Made by a program: the position numbers and the translations under genes
Notes under the pieces: model-generated
What the model saw: only the letters and a program-made list of their open reading frames with translations
What the model was told of the DNA's origin: nothing
Database searches by the model: none
Source: Octopus sinensis
Taxonomy: Eukaryota
Direction: 5' to 3'
Length of the DNA: 64,000 bases
NCBI RefSeq assembly: GCF_006345805.1
Contig: NC_042997.1
Location: forward strand, 178,870,001 to 178,934,000
Shown here: positions 23,399 through 35,043 of the stretch, in pieces
Position numbering within the stretch: position 1 is the first letter of the stretch
Layout: each line of letters opens with the position of its first letter

Positions 23399-24519
23399 AC
23401 ATCGTACATATCTTAAAGTGTAATAAGTCTTTATTCATAACAATAAATACATAATCACACAGACACAGACACACATAGTCACACACAAACGCGAATTGGT
23501 GCAGTTATATATACGCAAACAAATTCGTGTTTGTATACCTGCAAGACCTGAAAACCTACTATTACTTCATACTCAAAACAATTGTGAAAGTACCTCGAGC
23601 TTGCCGGCTCAACAAAATTAGTTCCAGAGTTAATGTGCATTAAAATTTACTATGTTGGGGTGCACTACATTGTGAAATTTGACTTTACATGCCATAGTGT
23701 GCACTTCATATTCATCCTCTACGATGGTCGTAGACATTTCATTACAGCTTTTATGAACACACTCAAACGTACCCAACAGATTCTTTGCCGTATCTAACGA
23801 ATACTATCTCCTCGTAGCTTATAAAATCAAGCTGGAGAATACATGTGAAATTAACGTTCATCAATTAATGAACTATACATTTCATAATCTGGATTGCATC
23901 AAATTACTAGTGGGTTAAAAATTTAATTAATGATTTAAACCCATTCCTGAAATTTTGTTAAAGAGATATGAAGTGAAAAGAATATTTCATAAAGCGTAAT
24001 ACATCATCATTGAAATTCATGTTAGTCTAAATGAAACATAAATCAGTCTGAACGTTGGATAATGTGTGCAAAGCTACATTAACTGTAAGTTATATTTCAC
24101 AAAGAATTAATATACATATTTCAAGTCTACCACACAAGCAACTTATCTGTCTACATATTTGCTAAGAGCGATGCATCATTATTGCTGTATACTAATGAAC
24201 GTGTCTTTTATCATTAACTCAGATAAGATTTCCTCTGTCGACCTGCCGACATAAACAGTCCATAGAATTTCTCATGCGCTTTCTACTATTCTTTGTCTTT
24301 ACTAATATATATATAAAGGAAATAACTGGAACTTGTTGGTCTAAATAATGCTTAATACGTATTGCTGAAGCATGGAAATAAACTGGTTCTTAAATATGAA
24401 ATTAGCATCAGCTTTAAATTGGTACTGCAAAACATAACCGTTAGCCTAACTTATACTGTAAATCCTCGAGTATAGTCCGCCCTCGATTGTGGTAGTTAAA
24501 TTATTATTACAAGTAAAGA

Positions 24520-25070
24520 AACGAAATGGTAGAATCATTGGTGCGTCGTACCAAATGATAATTAGCATTTCTTTTGACAAACACCTCCCACAAAGTTCAG
24601 GCCTTATGCCTATTGTAGAAAAGATAATCAGAAGGTAGATAGATAGCTGGCAGAATCGTTAGCGCATCGGACAACTTACTTAGTGATATTTCTTCGGGTT
24701 TTTAAAAAATTTTGTTAATTATAAAAATCCTGCCGATGTCAGATTTGTCGTTCATCATGTTGCAGTCGGTAAAATAAGATTCAGTTAAGCATTGAGGTCG
24801 ATGTAATCCATTACTGTCCATTAATCTACGAAATGTCAGGACTTGTATCTAAAGATTATAGAATTATTGTCAGTGGTTTAAAGCCGGGGAGCTGGCATAA
24901 TTATTTGCGCGTCAGATAAAATATGTAGCGGCATTTGTTTCGACTCTTCTGACTTAAAATCCTACCAAAGTAACTTTGCTCTCATCATTTCGTGGCCGAT
25001 AAAATTAAGTAAGTCAAGTAATGAGGTCGATGCAATCGACTTCCCCAACATCTCAAACTAGCATTGGAAA
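24520..25070 (+). mobile_element. Three decayed head-to-tail family A SINE copies
   Basis: Heads at ~24527, ~24646 and ~24890 (TGG.A.AAT..TT.G.GCG); GAGGTCGATG.AATC at ~24795 and ~25023. Confidence 0.6.
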
Positions 25071-25077
25071 GAACTCT

Positions 25078-25450
25078 CTTTTACGCTTTCGCTTGTTTCA
25101 ATCATTTGACTGCGGTCATGCTGGAGCACCGCCTTTAGTCGAGCAAATCGACCCCAGGACTTATTCTTTGTAAGCCAAGTACTTATTCTATCTGTTTCTT
25201 TTGCCGAACCGCTAAGTTACGGGGACGTAAACACGCCAGCATCGGTTGTCAAGCGATGTTGGGGAGGGGAACAAACACAGACACACACACACACACACAC
25301 ACACATACATATATATTAAAGACTTGTTTTATTTATATTTCCTGAGCGCCATACTAATACAATTGTTTGTTTGTATTCCCCCTGCCTTCGTCTTTTGTTT
25401 ATTTCCGTAAACCTGCCTTCGTCTTTTGTCTATTTTCATAAAGCTTCCCG

Positions 25451-25492
<42 letters not shown>

Positions 25493-25650
25493 GACGAGCT
25501 TCTTTCAGTTTCTATCTACCAGATCCACTCACAAGGCTTTGGTCGCCCCGAGGCTAAAGTAGAAGACACTTGCCCAAGGTGTCACGCAGTGAGACTGAAC
25601 CCGGAACCATGTGGTTCGTAAGCAAGCTACTTACCACATATCCACTCCTT
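25078..25650 (-). mobile_element. Family B SINE, full length, with a Penelope-type fragment inside its microsatellite
   Basis: Reverse complement of 23008-23398. It includes the CORE-like GTGACACCTTGGGCAAGTGTCTTCTAC on the minus strand. Confidence 0.9.
25316..25450 (+). mobile_element. Fragment of the Penelope-type repeat seen at 63788-63960
   Basis: TTAAAGACTT...TTCCTGAGCGCCATACTAATACAATTGTTTGTTTG...CCTGCCTTCGTCTTTTG aligns to the reverse complement of 63788-63886. Confidence 0.75.
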
Positions 25651-25764
25651 AGCCTTTATTAATTTAAAATAAAAAAATTAATAAAACAAGATGAAAATTG
25701 TTAAAGATATATAACTAAATGTTTGTATAAGGTTATATTTACACCAAATCCAAACAAAAGAAGA

Positions 25765-25945
25765 ACAAACACAAAAAAATAACAACAATGCGAGGACGTG
25801 GTACATGTAAACTATTAGCAGACGCCTTGCTAAGTAAAGAAAGATGGTTTAACGTTTTGAGCAACGCTCTTCTTCAGAAAGAGGAAAGTCCAACAGAAAG
25901 AAAGAAGGAGGAAGAAAATCGCCATCAATTCACATTTGCTTACCT
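25765..25945 (-). mobile_element. Penelope-like pseudo-LTR fragment with degenerate hammerhead (25848-25880)
   Basis: Minus strand TTT-CTGAAGA-AGAGC-gtt-GCTC-AAAAC-GTT-AAA (GAAA core mutated to AAAA). Homologous to 28770-28955 and followed by (TA)n. Confidence 0.6.
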
Positions 25946-26036
<91 letters not shown>

Positions 26037-28769
26037 TATATATAACACTAAATGTTTGAAAAAGGTTATATTTAATAAATGGTTGACTAACAGTACGGAC
26101 ACCTATTAGCTTCCCATTTCCTTCTCCGTAAATTGTCCCTTGTTTACAACCTGAACACGATTAGTTGTTAAATGAATAACCCCAGTGTTGAATGGATCCC
26201 AAGGCGATTTCACTTAGTTGTTTGAAACGGCGGCATTCTAACTCATGATTCTCCAAGTTATGTAAGGTCAGGGATCTAACTTTTCCAAATAGAAAATACT
26301 TGTAAATAAGAAACTCGCTTTGTAAATACAGTCTGCAAATTTATTCTATTTGAAAAAATAGAAAAGATTATTCAGTTTTGAATGAAATAACTGTGAGTGA
26401 AATAAGTCTGTCAGATCCCTAAGCATTCTGGTTTTGATTTGCGATTCTCTAGGCAATATGACTATTGGTGAACTAATGTCTTTGAATTAAAGATTTCTCT
26501 CATATATTCTTTAACCTACAGAAGTAAAAACACAGACACACGCATAGACACAGACACAGACACACGCATAGACACAGATACACACACACAATACTAATGC
26601 TATTTTGATGAAATTTTCATCAACCTAAACCTACAACTGAATGAATAATTCATGGAAAACATTTTAATAATATAAGAAAAAGTCTGTAGAAACTTGCCCT
26701 CCTCCCCAAGAAACGAAATGTAAGAAATTTTTATTTTTATAAAAAACACATTCCTTCAAAACTTACATACAACTTTTATTTCTGCCTCAAAGAACATATA
26801 AAATAGTAACTGCTTACAGATGTATAAAATGTTTCGTAGTCTAACGGCTCATGAAAACAGCAATGTTAAAACACAAAGTTTGGGAAGTGCTACAGACAGA
26901 AGGAAATATCAGTAGAATAAACAAGAAGTTTAAGGCTTTCTTTAGTTGATTATCATACAAGCAAAAGACAAACATGACGTGAAATAAATAACTATCTTCT
27001 TGTATGAAACTATGTGTTCAAGTGATTTTATGGAACATCAGTTAAATCTACCGCCATCTTATTTATGTTATCTTCTGGCAGTGCGTTATTTAATATTCTG
27101 ATACACTTTTTTGTTGTTAAATACAGCTAAACTATTTTAAAGTATGTATATAAAGTATGTAATTCCCGAGGAAACATGTGTATTTGAGAAAGAAAAATAA
27201 CAATGACAACCGAAATAGTAGTGATATTATAAAAATATCTATTACAAAACAAAAAATTATATAACAAAAACAACATCGACATCAACAATAAGGGCAACAA
27301 CAACGATATTCCTATAAACATATCTACTACAAGTAAGAAAAGCGTTTCAGGTGAAATTCCCATTAAGGAAAATGCCACCCTGCTTCTGTAAATTTCCGAA
27401 CGATTTTCGTCTAAAGTGTTTTTAAACAGTTTACGTCTTTAAACAGTCAGTAAATAGGTAAATTGATCTTGTGATATAAACCTATGCGTATACAAGACTG
27501 AGTGGATGTTGGGTTTATTGGAGACTTTCTTTTTCTGAAGCAGCCATTAGGGAATATTTCCAATGTAGTTGTTCAGCATTTACTGTTTAATGTATACAAT
27601 CAATAACTTAGTCATACCCAATTCCCTGCCCAACTCAGATTTCTTCCTTTTCTTTATCTCTATTCACATACCATCAAATCGTCATCACCATTCTCTTCCC
27701 AAAATTAGAAGTAAAAACAAAATTGCACGAAAACCATCATCACTGCCTCTCAATCATATACACATATAACAAGCAAAATGATTTTACATTAAATATCATT
27801 TCGTGTTCATTATTAGACGTTGAGTGATATAATGGAAATAGTAAAGAGTCATATTTGTTGGCTGTAGATTTAGCTCCTCAATTTAAACAAACTCTATTTA
27901 AGTAACACTTAATGTCCATTATCTGCGCGATATAGACCAAATAGGCTTGACATAAAAATCGACAATGTTTTGTCTGGCTCTACATCTAATCAAACCTGAT
28001 AGCTCATTGCCAATATAAACACACGTAGTCACATCAAGCTAGTTGCATTTCTCTATTTAGTACTAGTCGTTCGTCGATTCTAATCGTTCGCTTAAACTAG
28101 AATACTGGCTAGCCAGCCACGAGTTTAGACGATATCGAAGGATTATTTGAAATATGGAAACATAACAATGAGCTGAAAAGCACAGATATCGAAATTGAGG
28201 TCATCGATTTATAAAATACATAATGTAGTAAACTGAGTCGATACTCCAAGTTCCGAAAGATCAAATCTTAGGTAAATACAGTATTGATTTCGTATAAGGG
28301 AACCCTGGTCTTATATTTATAATAAATGGTAAAATGGTACTTTGTGACGTCCATAAAGTGCATTAGTAATGTAAATGAAACGAAACGTTTAGTGAAAAGA
28401 CATACGAAGACTACCACTACTCTTGTCTTTCATTATGTAAATACGGCACGCTAAAGAATGATAAACAGATAAATCGGTAAAATGCCGAACTAATGTAAAG
28501 AAATTAGTTGTATTCCTTTAGCTATGTTTTTATATCAAATTCGCATTCAATAAACTTTAATATCACTTATGGCGACAAGTACCGTTATCGTGTTAATTTA
28601 ATACTAAAAAATTCGCTCTTAGAAATTTATGACTGCGTCAGTGGAAGAAATAAATGTCGCAGAATATGAGATAATGTTAGACTTATAGAAAAAGAGATCT
28701 GATTTCAAATCACGACTGAAATCTGTTTACTTCAGATATGTAGCAAATACAGTAAATCCATACATGAAC

Positions 28770-28955
28770 AAGCAAGAAAAAACAACAACGCGAGGATGAG
28801 GAATAAGTACAGTGTTGTTGGATGCTCAGGAAAGGATAGCAAAGAAAGAGGACTTCACGTTTCGAGCGGAGCTCTTCATCAGAAATTTAGAAAAAGTCCA
28901 AAGAAGGGAAGACGGAGAAAGAAAATTGCCAACGAAACACACGCGGTCACATATT
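28770..28955 (-). mobile_element. Penelope-like pseudo-LTR fragment
   Basis: Homologous to 25765-25945 (AACAAC.A.GCGAGGA...GA.GCTC...ACGTTT.GAGC...GCTCTTC.TCAGAAA...AAAGTCCAA) and contains a hammerhead motif. Confidence 0.65.
28853..28885 (-). ncRNA. Minimal hammerhead ribozyme-like motif
   Basis: TTT-CTGATGA-AGAGC-tcc-GCTC-GAAAC-GTG-AAG has an intact core and stem II. The triplet GUG is non-cleavable in canonical hammerheads. Confidence 0.65.
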
Positions 28956-29654
28956 GAAATGACGGGAAAGGAAGGAGTGAAGAAAAAATTCTTTCAAAGA
29001 CAAGAGTGTGCAAGAGAAGGATGTATGTGTGTGTATGTCTGGGTATGTGCGTACGCGCAGGTCTGTGTGTGTAATGGTAGCATGTGCGTGTGTGTGTGGT
29101 TGTGGCCGTTAATCTATGTGTGTGGTTGGGCTTAGTATCGTTTAAGGACCCAGGAAGAATTTAAAGCACGATTTATTCACGATCAGAGTCGTTCGAAAAG
29201 CAAGGTACTACTATATGGAAATCTGAATGGTCGTTACACAGCATTTGCAACATATTGGGTTTTGCATATGATACAGTAATTGTATCATATGACTTGCAGC
29301 AAGCTGGAATTTGAATTATGCAAAATCTCATGACTCGAGTAAACTGCAGGATAGCTGCCATTTCATGAATGTCAAAAGTATTTTCAAATTTACAAGGCAT
29401 GGTAGGAAGTAAAGATCAGTTGTATGAAATGCATAAGAAACGTTATGTTATTTAGTCAAATTTTATTTCCATAGCATACATATAATAAAATCATATTTGG
29501 AACCACTTACTTTGTGATATTAGGTTCTAAAGCAAGTTGGAATAAAATATGCAGAATTGGTCAAATCGGTCAAATACGCTTTAATTGTAATAATAATGAT
29601 GATGATGATGATGATGATGATGAAGCTGATGATGATTACGACGACGAAAATCCT

Positions 29655-29770
29655 GTCTATTATAGGCACACCCATGTAATTGACAAATATTTAATTTTTC
29701 GTCCCTGAAGGAATAAAAGACAAAGTCCAGATAAGCGGAAGTTGAACTCAAACGGAATGCTGCCAGCATG
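29655..29770 (-). mobile_element. Decayed family A SINE
   Basis: CTATTATAGGCAC...GTCCCTGAAGGAATAAAAGACAAAGTC...GTTGAACTCAAAC is the reverse complement of the family A core and tail. Confidence 0.5.
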
Positions 29771-29890
29771 TGAAAGAGAGAGTGAGTGAGTGACACACGA
29801 GATGTTGAAATATTGTTTATTCTATAACAGTAGCACTCTCCTTATTGCTTCTTTAATTTCTGGAGGAGTAACATCAACACTTCAAATATA

Positions 29891-29944
<54 letters not shown>

Positions 29945-29975
29945 TATTATTATTATTATTATTTTTTCTATAATA

Positions 29976-30315
29976 AAAACAATACCTGTTGTCATAGGTG
30001 CCCTGGGAATGATAGCAAAAGGGGCTGATTACTACCTAGCTCAGATACCAGGAAACACCAAAATGGAAGAAATTCAAAAGATAACGCTCATGGGAACTGC
30101 TCATATCCTACGCAAAATACTTTCTATGTAATCTCAAGTTTTAAAACAAACAATTTGCTTATGGTTTCCTAAACACTCTAGAACAACACTATGTAAAAAA
30201 CCAAATATATGACACCCTAGGCATAACACCAACATGAACTTCTAAATTGTTGTCTCTTGAAGTCTCCGGGTGAGACTTGGAGTCAACTTGTACAAATGTA
30301 AAGCAAAAGTCAAAC

Positions 30316-30318
<3 letters not shown>
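29976..30318 (+). mobile_element. R4/Dong-like (RLE) non-LTR retrotransposon 3' end, in (TAA)n
   Basis: KTIPVVIGALGMIAKGADYYLAQIPGNTKMEEIQKITLMGTAHILRKILSM* (stop 30129-30131) is a typical RLE C-terminus. The 3' UTR runs into (TAA)n at ~30319-30380. Confidence 0.88.
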
Positions 30319-30380
<62 letters not shown>

Positions 30381-30383
<3 letters not shown>

Positions 30384-30939
30384 GCCCTGATGCAGTACCA
30401 GGCAGTGGCTCTCATGGCTGTTGATCTTAACTGATTGGAAGTGTTATCATGTACATTGTTTTGTCTGGGTTTAGAAGATGGGCCACAGCAAATATTCGGC
30501 TCAATACCACAGATTTTCTTGTCAGTTGTTTGACTTAAACCAGTTGAGCACATCCTTTAGTGGCTGAGGATACGTGCATCTCTGATCATGAGCAGAAGTA
30601 GTTGGGGAGTATCATAGCCATGTGTTGAGAGGAATTCTTTGGGGTTTGAATAATTCACCTCTGGAAACATGGGTGGTTCGTTCAACATCTTTAAACGACG
30701 CTTATTCAGGGACTTTTTGAGTGGGATGGGCTACTCGACCTAAAGAAAATTCTAACTGGGCCCCACCTGCAAAGTCATGCGCTGTTTATCTTGATATGAG
30801 ATCACCATATCGCGCACATTTGGTTGTGATGCATGTGCCTAGTGTACCCTTATCAGACTGGTAGTCATGATAGGTATACTGGGCTTCGTTTATTTTACCC
30901 CAGTGTCACTTTGATGGTATGCACTGCTCTCTCACTCAA
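30381..30939. mobile_element. ~560 bp non-coding interspersed element (family F) copy 1, flanked by (TAA)n and (CAA)n
   Basis: AATGCCCTGATGCAGTACCAGGCAGTGGCT...GCACTGCTCTCTCACTCAA is collinear end to end with 54351-54908. Confidence 0.9.
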
Positions 30940-30979
30940 CAACAACAACAACAACAACAGCAACAGCAACAACAACAAG

Positions 30980-31255
30980 TAACTGCAGGATATGTGATTA
31001 ATGAACAAGAAACAATAAATTATATTGTCTCTGGTTGCCCAGTTATGGCTAAGAAGAAATATATTCACAGACTCGACAGAGTTGAACCTATATACACTGG
31101 AAGCTATACACACTATAGAATAACAATAAAAAAAAGATGGTATAGGCATACTCCAGAAAAGGTCACAGAAAATGAGAAACAACCATACTATGGGATATGT
31201 CATTACACACAGACAGAGAAATCAAGGATAATGGGCCGGATATATTTGTCAGAGA
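30980..31255 (+). mobile_element. R4/Dong-like fragment: CCHC knuckle and start of the RLE domain
   Basis: NCRICD/EQETINYIVSGCPVMAKKKYIHRLDRV/YIHWKL/KRWYRHTPEKVTENE/TILWDMSLHTDREIKDNGPDIFVR across frameshifts. Confidence 0.88.
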
Positions 31256-32848
31256 AAATTCTTAAAATATTCGTATTTTCTGCTTTTTTTCGTGGATTAT
31301 CAAGAAAACAATGTGGAAAAAAAGTAAACAGTGAAGAAATTGGGATGGCGAGGAAGACAATTAAAATATTCAGAACGTGTTTTGGGAGCGAAATTCTAAT
31401 CTCCTGCATTGAAAACATAGGAATCGGAAGAAATTTATGAAAAAAATAAGGAGCGAGGTAAATATCACTTCAGACATGATAGAAACAAAAGGTAAAGGTC
31501 AGGATTTTAAACTTTTATGTTTATATCGAAGATCAGGTTTTTCACTACGATCATCAGAAACCCGAATTACAGAATAGAAAAAGGTCACTTCAACTGGATT
31601 TCGGTTGCCTTTTTGCGCGTGCACACAGCAAGAAGTAACATAATCCGTACAGAAGTTTTACCGTGTGTGTGTGTGGGGGGGGTGTACATGTGTATGCCAA
31701 AAAGTTATTTTATGGCATTCTTTCGTTTAAAGCAGCAAAGTTGTAAACATGACCATATGGCCGATCATAGGGGATCATATGATTGTTCATTAAGTTCTGC
31801 AATTTCTTTATGCTTTGAAGAGAGCAGAAATTGAAAGAGAGGAGAAAGTTGAAAGGCGAAATTTGCTTTGTAGTGAAAGCAGAAAGTGAAAGAGAAGAAA
31901 ATGGGTAAGATGTATGTACGTGTATATGAAATGGATGTGTGAGAGAGTGTGCATATGCGTGAGTGAGAGAGAGAGAGAGTGACGGTGAGAGAACGTGAGA
32001 GTGAGAGAGAGAGTGACGGTGAGAGAAAGTGAGAGTGAGAGAGAGAGTGAGAGAGGGAGTGGGTGTGTGAAGGTGTATGTTGTCATGTATATATTTTTCT
32101 GCAAGTATGTGTAAGTGGCACTCACTCGCTCTCTCTCTCTCTTTGTCACACACACACACATTGTTTTTATATACACGTACATAAATGCATATCCTCACAT
32201 CTTTTTTGTATATATATATGTGCATGTGCCTGTGAAAGAGTGAGAGAGAGTGACGGAGTGAGTGACTATATTTCCTCATAACTTATAGAGAAATGGATGT
32301 CTTTTAATGAAATTGTTTTGGTTGTAGTTTATTTTAATGCAATATTCATGTGTACATTTTCATAAATGTTTGTCCGAGCAGAATTCGACGTATATGTGAA
32401 ACATCGTGCGAAAGTGAAACATTAGAAGCAAATCGAAATATTGCACGAAAATGACTTCAAAATTGTGCGACGCGACCTCGTTTCCAAAGTTATTTTAGTA
32501 GTAAAAGAAGAGTTGTGCCAAAAAACAGTTTATTTTGTAGATAAGCAGGTTTCCTTATTATAGTACAGATGTGACTAATTCGGAAAACCATTACGTTCAT
32601 TCTCCCCACATCGTCACTCTCGTAATGCGACACTTTGTAATTTTGGTTCAAATTGAAAGTGCAAAATATGGTCTTTGTATAGCAGGGAAATCCAAATATC
32701 TATAGCTGGTGGTTGAGATAACGTAGAAAATATGCAAATGAAAATAATCTTTTTTTTTTTTTGGTAACCGAAAAATTACTGAATCTTTTAATACACCATA
32801 CGTCAAATCGGCAATTCGGTTTTCGAATGCATAAGGAACATACGCACC

Positions 32849-32889
<41 letters not shown>

Positions 32890-32896
32890 TCTCTCT

Positions 32897-33090
32897 TACA
32901 GTTCTATATTTAAGAGATGAGGAATTATGTACATTATTTACATTCGACGGATATTTCCCCTCATCTTGTTTTTTGTTAACACAACATTTCGGTTGATATA
33001 CCCTTCAGGCTTCTTTAGGTGTCTTGGAGAAATTTCGAACCTGGGTTCTCATTCCTAAGGTATATTTCGGTGTTGTTATTATTATTATTA
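32897..33090 (-). mobile_element. Family E copy 3 (3' module only, hammerhead core degraded)
   Basis: Same terminus as copy 1 (TACAG.TCTAT.TTTAAGAGATGAGGAATTATGTACATT). Minus strand GACAC-CTAAAGA-AGCCTG...CAACC-GAAAT-GTT-GTGTT. Ends in (TTA)n. Confidence 0.8.
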
Positions 33091-33185
33091 ACACAAAAGA
33101 AATATAGTTCTTTAAGGGTTCAAGTTTAGGTGTAGTGCCTATCTAAATTGATATCTTTGTATTATTTTCTACCTGTTCATAAGTA

Positions 33186-33663
33186 TTGGATTGTCCGGAA
33201 AGTTCGTGCCGATTTTTAAAGGAAAGAAAAAGGTCAATAAAAACTTGCCATTACATCAACCAAATATGAACCATTTTGTTGCATAATGCGTCTCCATCTT
33301 TCCCAGAATTGAGGTGGTTTCATGGTAAAGCTATTCTGCAGAGACCTGAATAAGTGGAAATACGAAGGAGCAATATCTGGTGAATATGGAGGGTGGGGTA
33401 ACACATTCCAGCCGGGCTGCAGCAATTTTCGTCTGGTTCTGAACGCATCAAGGGCCAAAAATGAACTTTCTTATCTTCCATTTTAAAGGGTTACAGAATT
33501 AACACAGGTTATAGGAACATAAACCTCCTTCCACGAAAAGATAGCTAAAACTGTGCTCTAAATGGAGATGTAGTCAAATCCTGTTTTACGGACTCGACCG
33601 TGTTCTAAAATAAGTCGAAAGGTAAGCTACTATAAATCGGTACAAACTTTCCGTTCAACCCAA
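33186..33663 (-). mobile_element. Internally deleted mariner element with TIRs and TA TSD
   Basis: TA-TTGGATTGTCCGGAAAGTTCGTGCCGATTT...AAATCGGTACAAACTTTCCGTTCAACCCAA-TA. ORF 33234..33458 contains WNVLPHPPYSPDIAPSYFHLFRSLQN (mariner YSPDLAP motif). Confidence 0.92.
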
Positions 33664-34667
33664 TATTTTGATATCCCATCTACAAAACTTCACCAGAAAA
33701 TGTAACACCCAAGCAGGACGAAATATAGATATATTTGTCTGCGCTACTGTCGCTCAGAACATTACACAGATGGTATTCTAAATACAGTTGTCACTTCCAA
33801 AATTAAAGAAGATATACATGTATGCATACATACATACATATATACATATATGTGTGTATATACGTACAGACATATATATATATACATATATACACACATA
33901 TAGATGTATGTATACATATCATCTATAAATCAAACATCTTCATATATCTTCATAAATTCCGATGCCGTCAGTGGTTTGGATAATAAAATATAGCCAATAG
34001 TTCATATGGCGTTTATAAAATCAGCAGGATTCTTTCTTCAATACAATTTGCTGATGATGTCAGTGACATTTTAATATTCTCACCTTAAGTTAGAATCAAA
34101 ATATCTTTAAATTATTGATTTCATTCAGCTGAATAATGTCGCTTTCTTTCGGTTTCTGAATATTACCATATATTTCATTACTCAGTAATGCAATTTACCT
34201 AGGGATCTAGATGACCCTGTAACCCATTATATACCCGAAACTGTTTTATTTCTTCTGAATATTATTCTTTTCCCTGCACTGTTTTACTACTATGGTTTAA
34301 TCAACAAGTCAGCATGTTTAGTTAAGGAACTTCATGCGTATTTATAACAAGGCTTAATTTCATAAAGTAAAAAAAAAACCCTCAGTATTATTTGTAAGTA
34401 AAAGAACACCTACTAGGATTCTTCCCGAGTTATCTTCGTTTCAAAAACGTAATTGTTATCAATGTTACGTTAATTCCATCTTTATTCACGTTGCGTACAA
34501 GATAGTTCTTAAATTCAATTTTAAATCCATTGGGGAGACTCAGAATACCAAAGAAGGAAGATAAAAATGTAATCATCCGATCATTGCCCTCGGACGGCAT
34601 GTAAATTTCAAATCCTATAGAATGCACAAATCTGTTCATTGTTTGACAATATATATATATATTATAT

Positions 34668-34726
<59 letters not shown>

Positions 34727-34977
34727 TTGTATGTATGTATGTATATATATATATATATGTATATATGTATTTACATTTACATACGCACACAGATGTGTAT
34801 ATGTGTGCATGTGGTGTGTCTGTGCGTGTACGTTTATATACACAAATATTTAAAGTTACGTATACACAACCTCACATACACACACATATATATACACACA
34901 CACTCAAGCACACATATATGTATACAATACAATTATAAACATATATACATATCTGTCTTTCTCTCTCTCTCTCTCTC

Positions 34978-35043
<66 letters not shown>

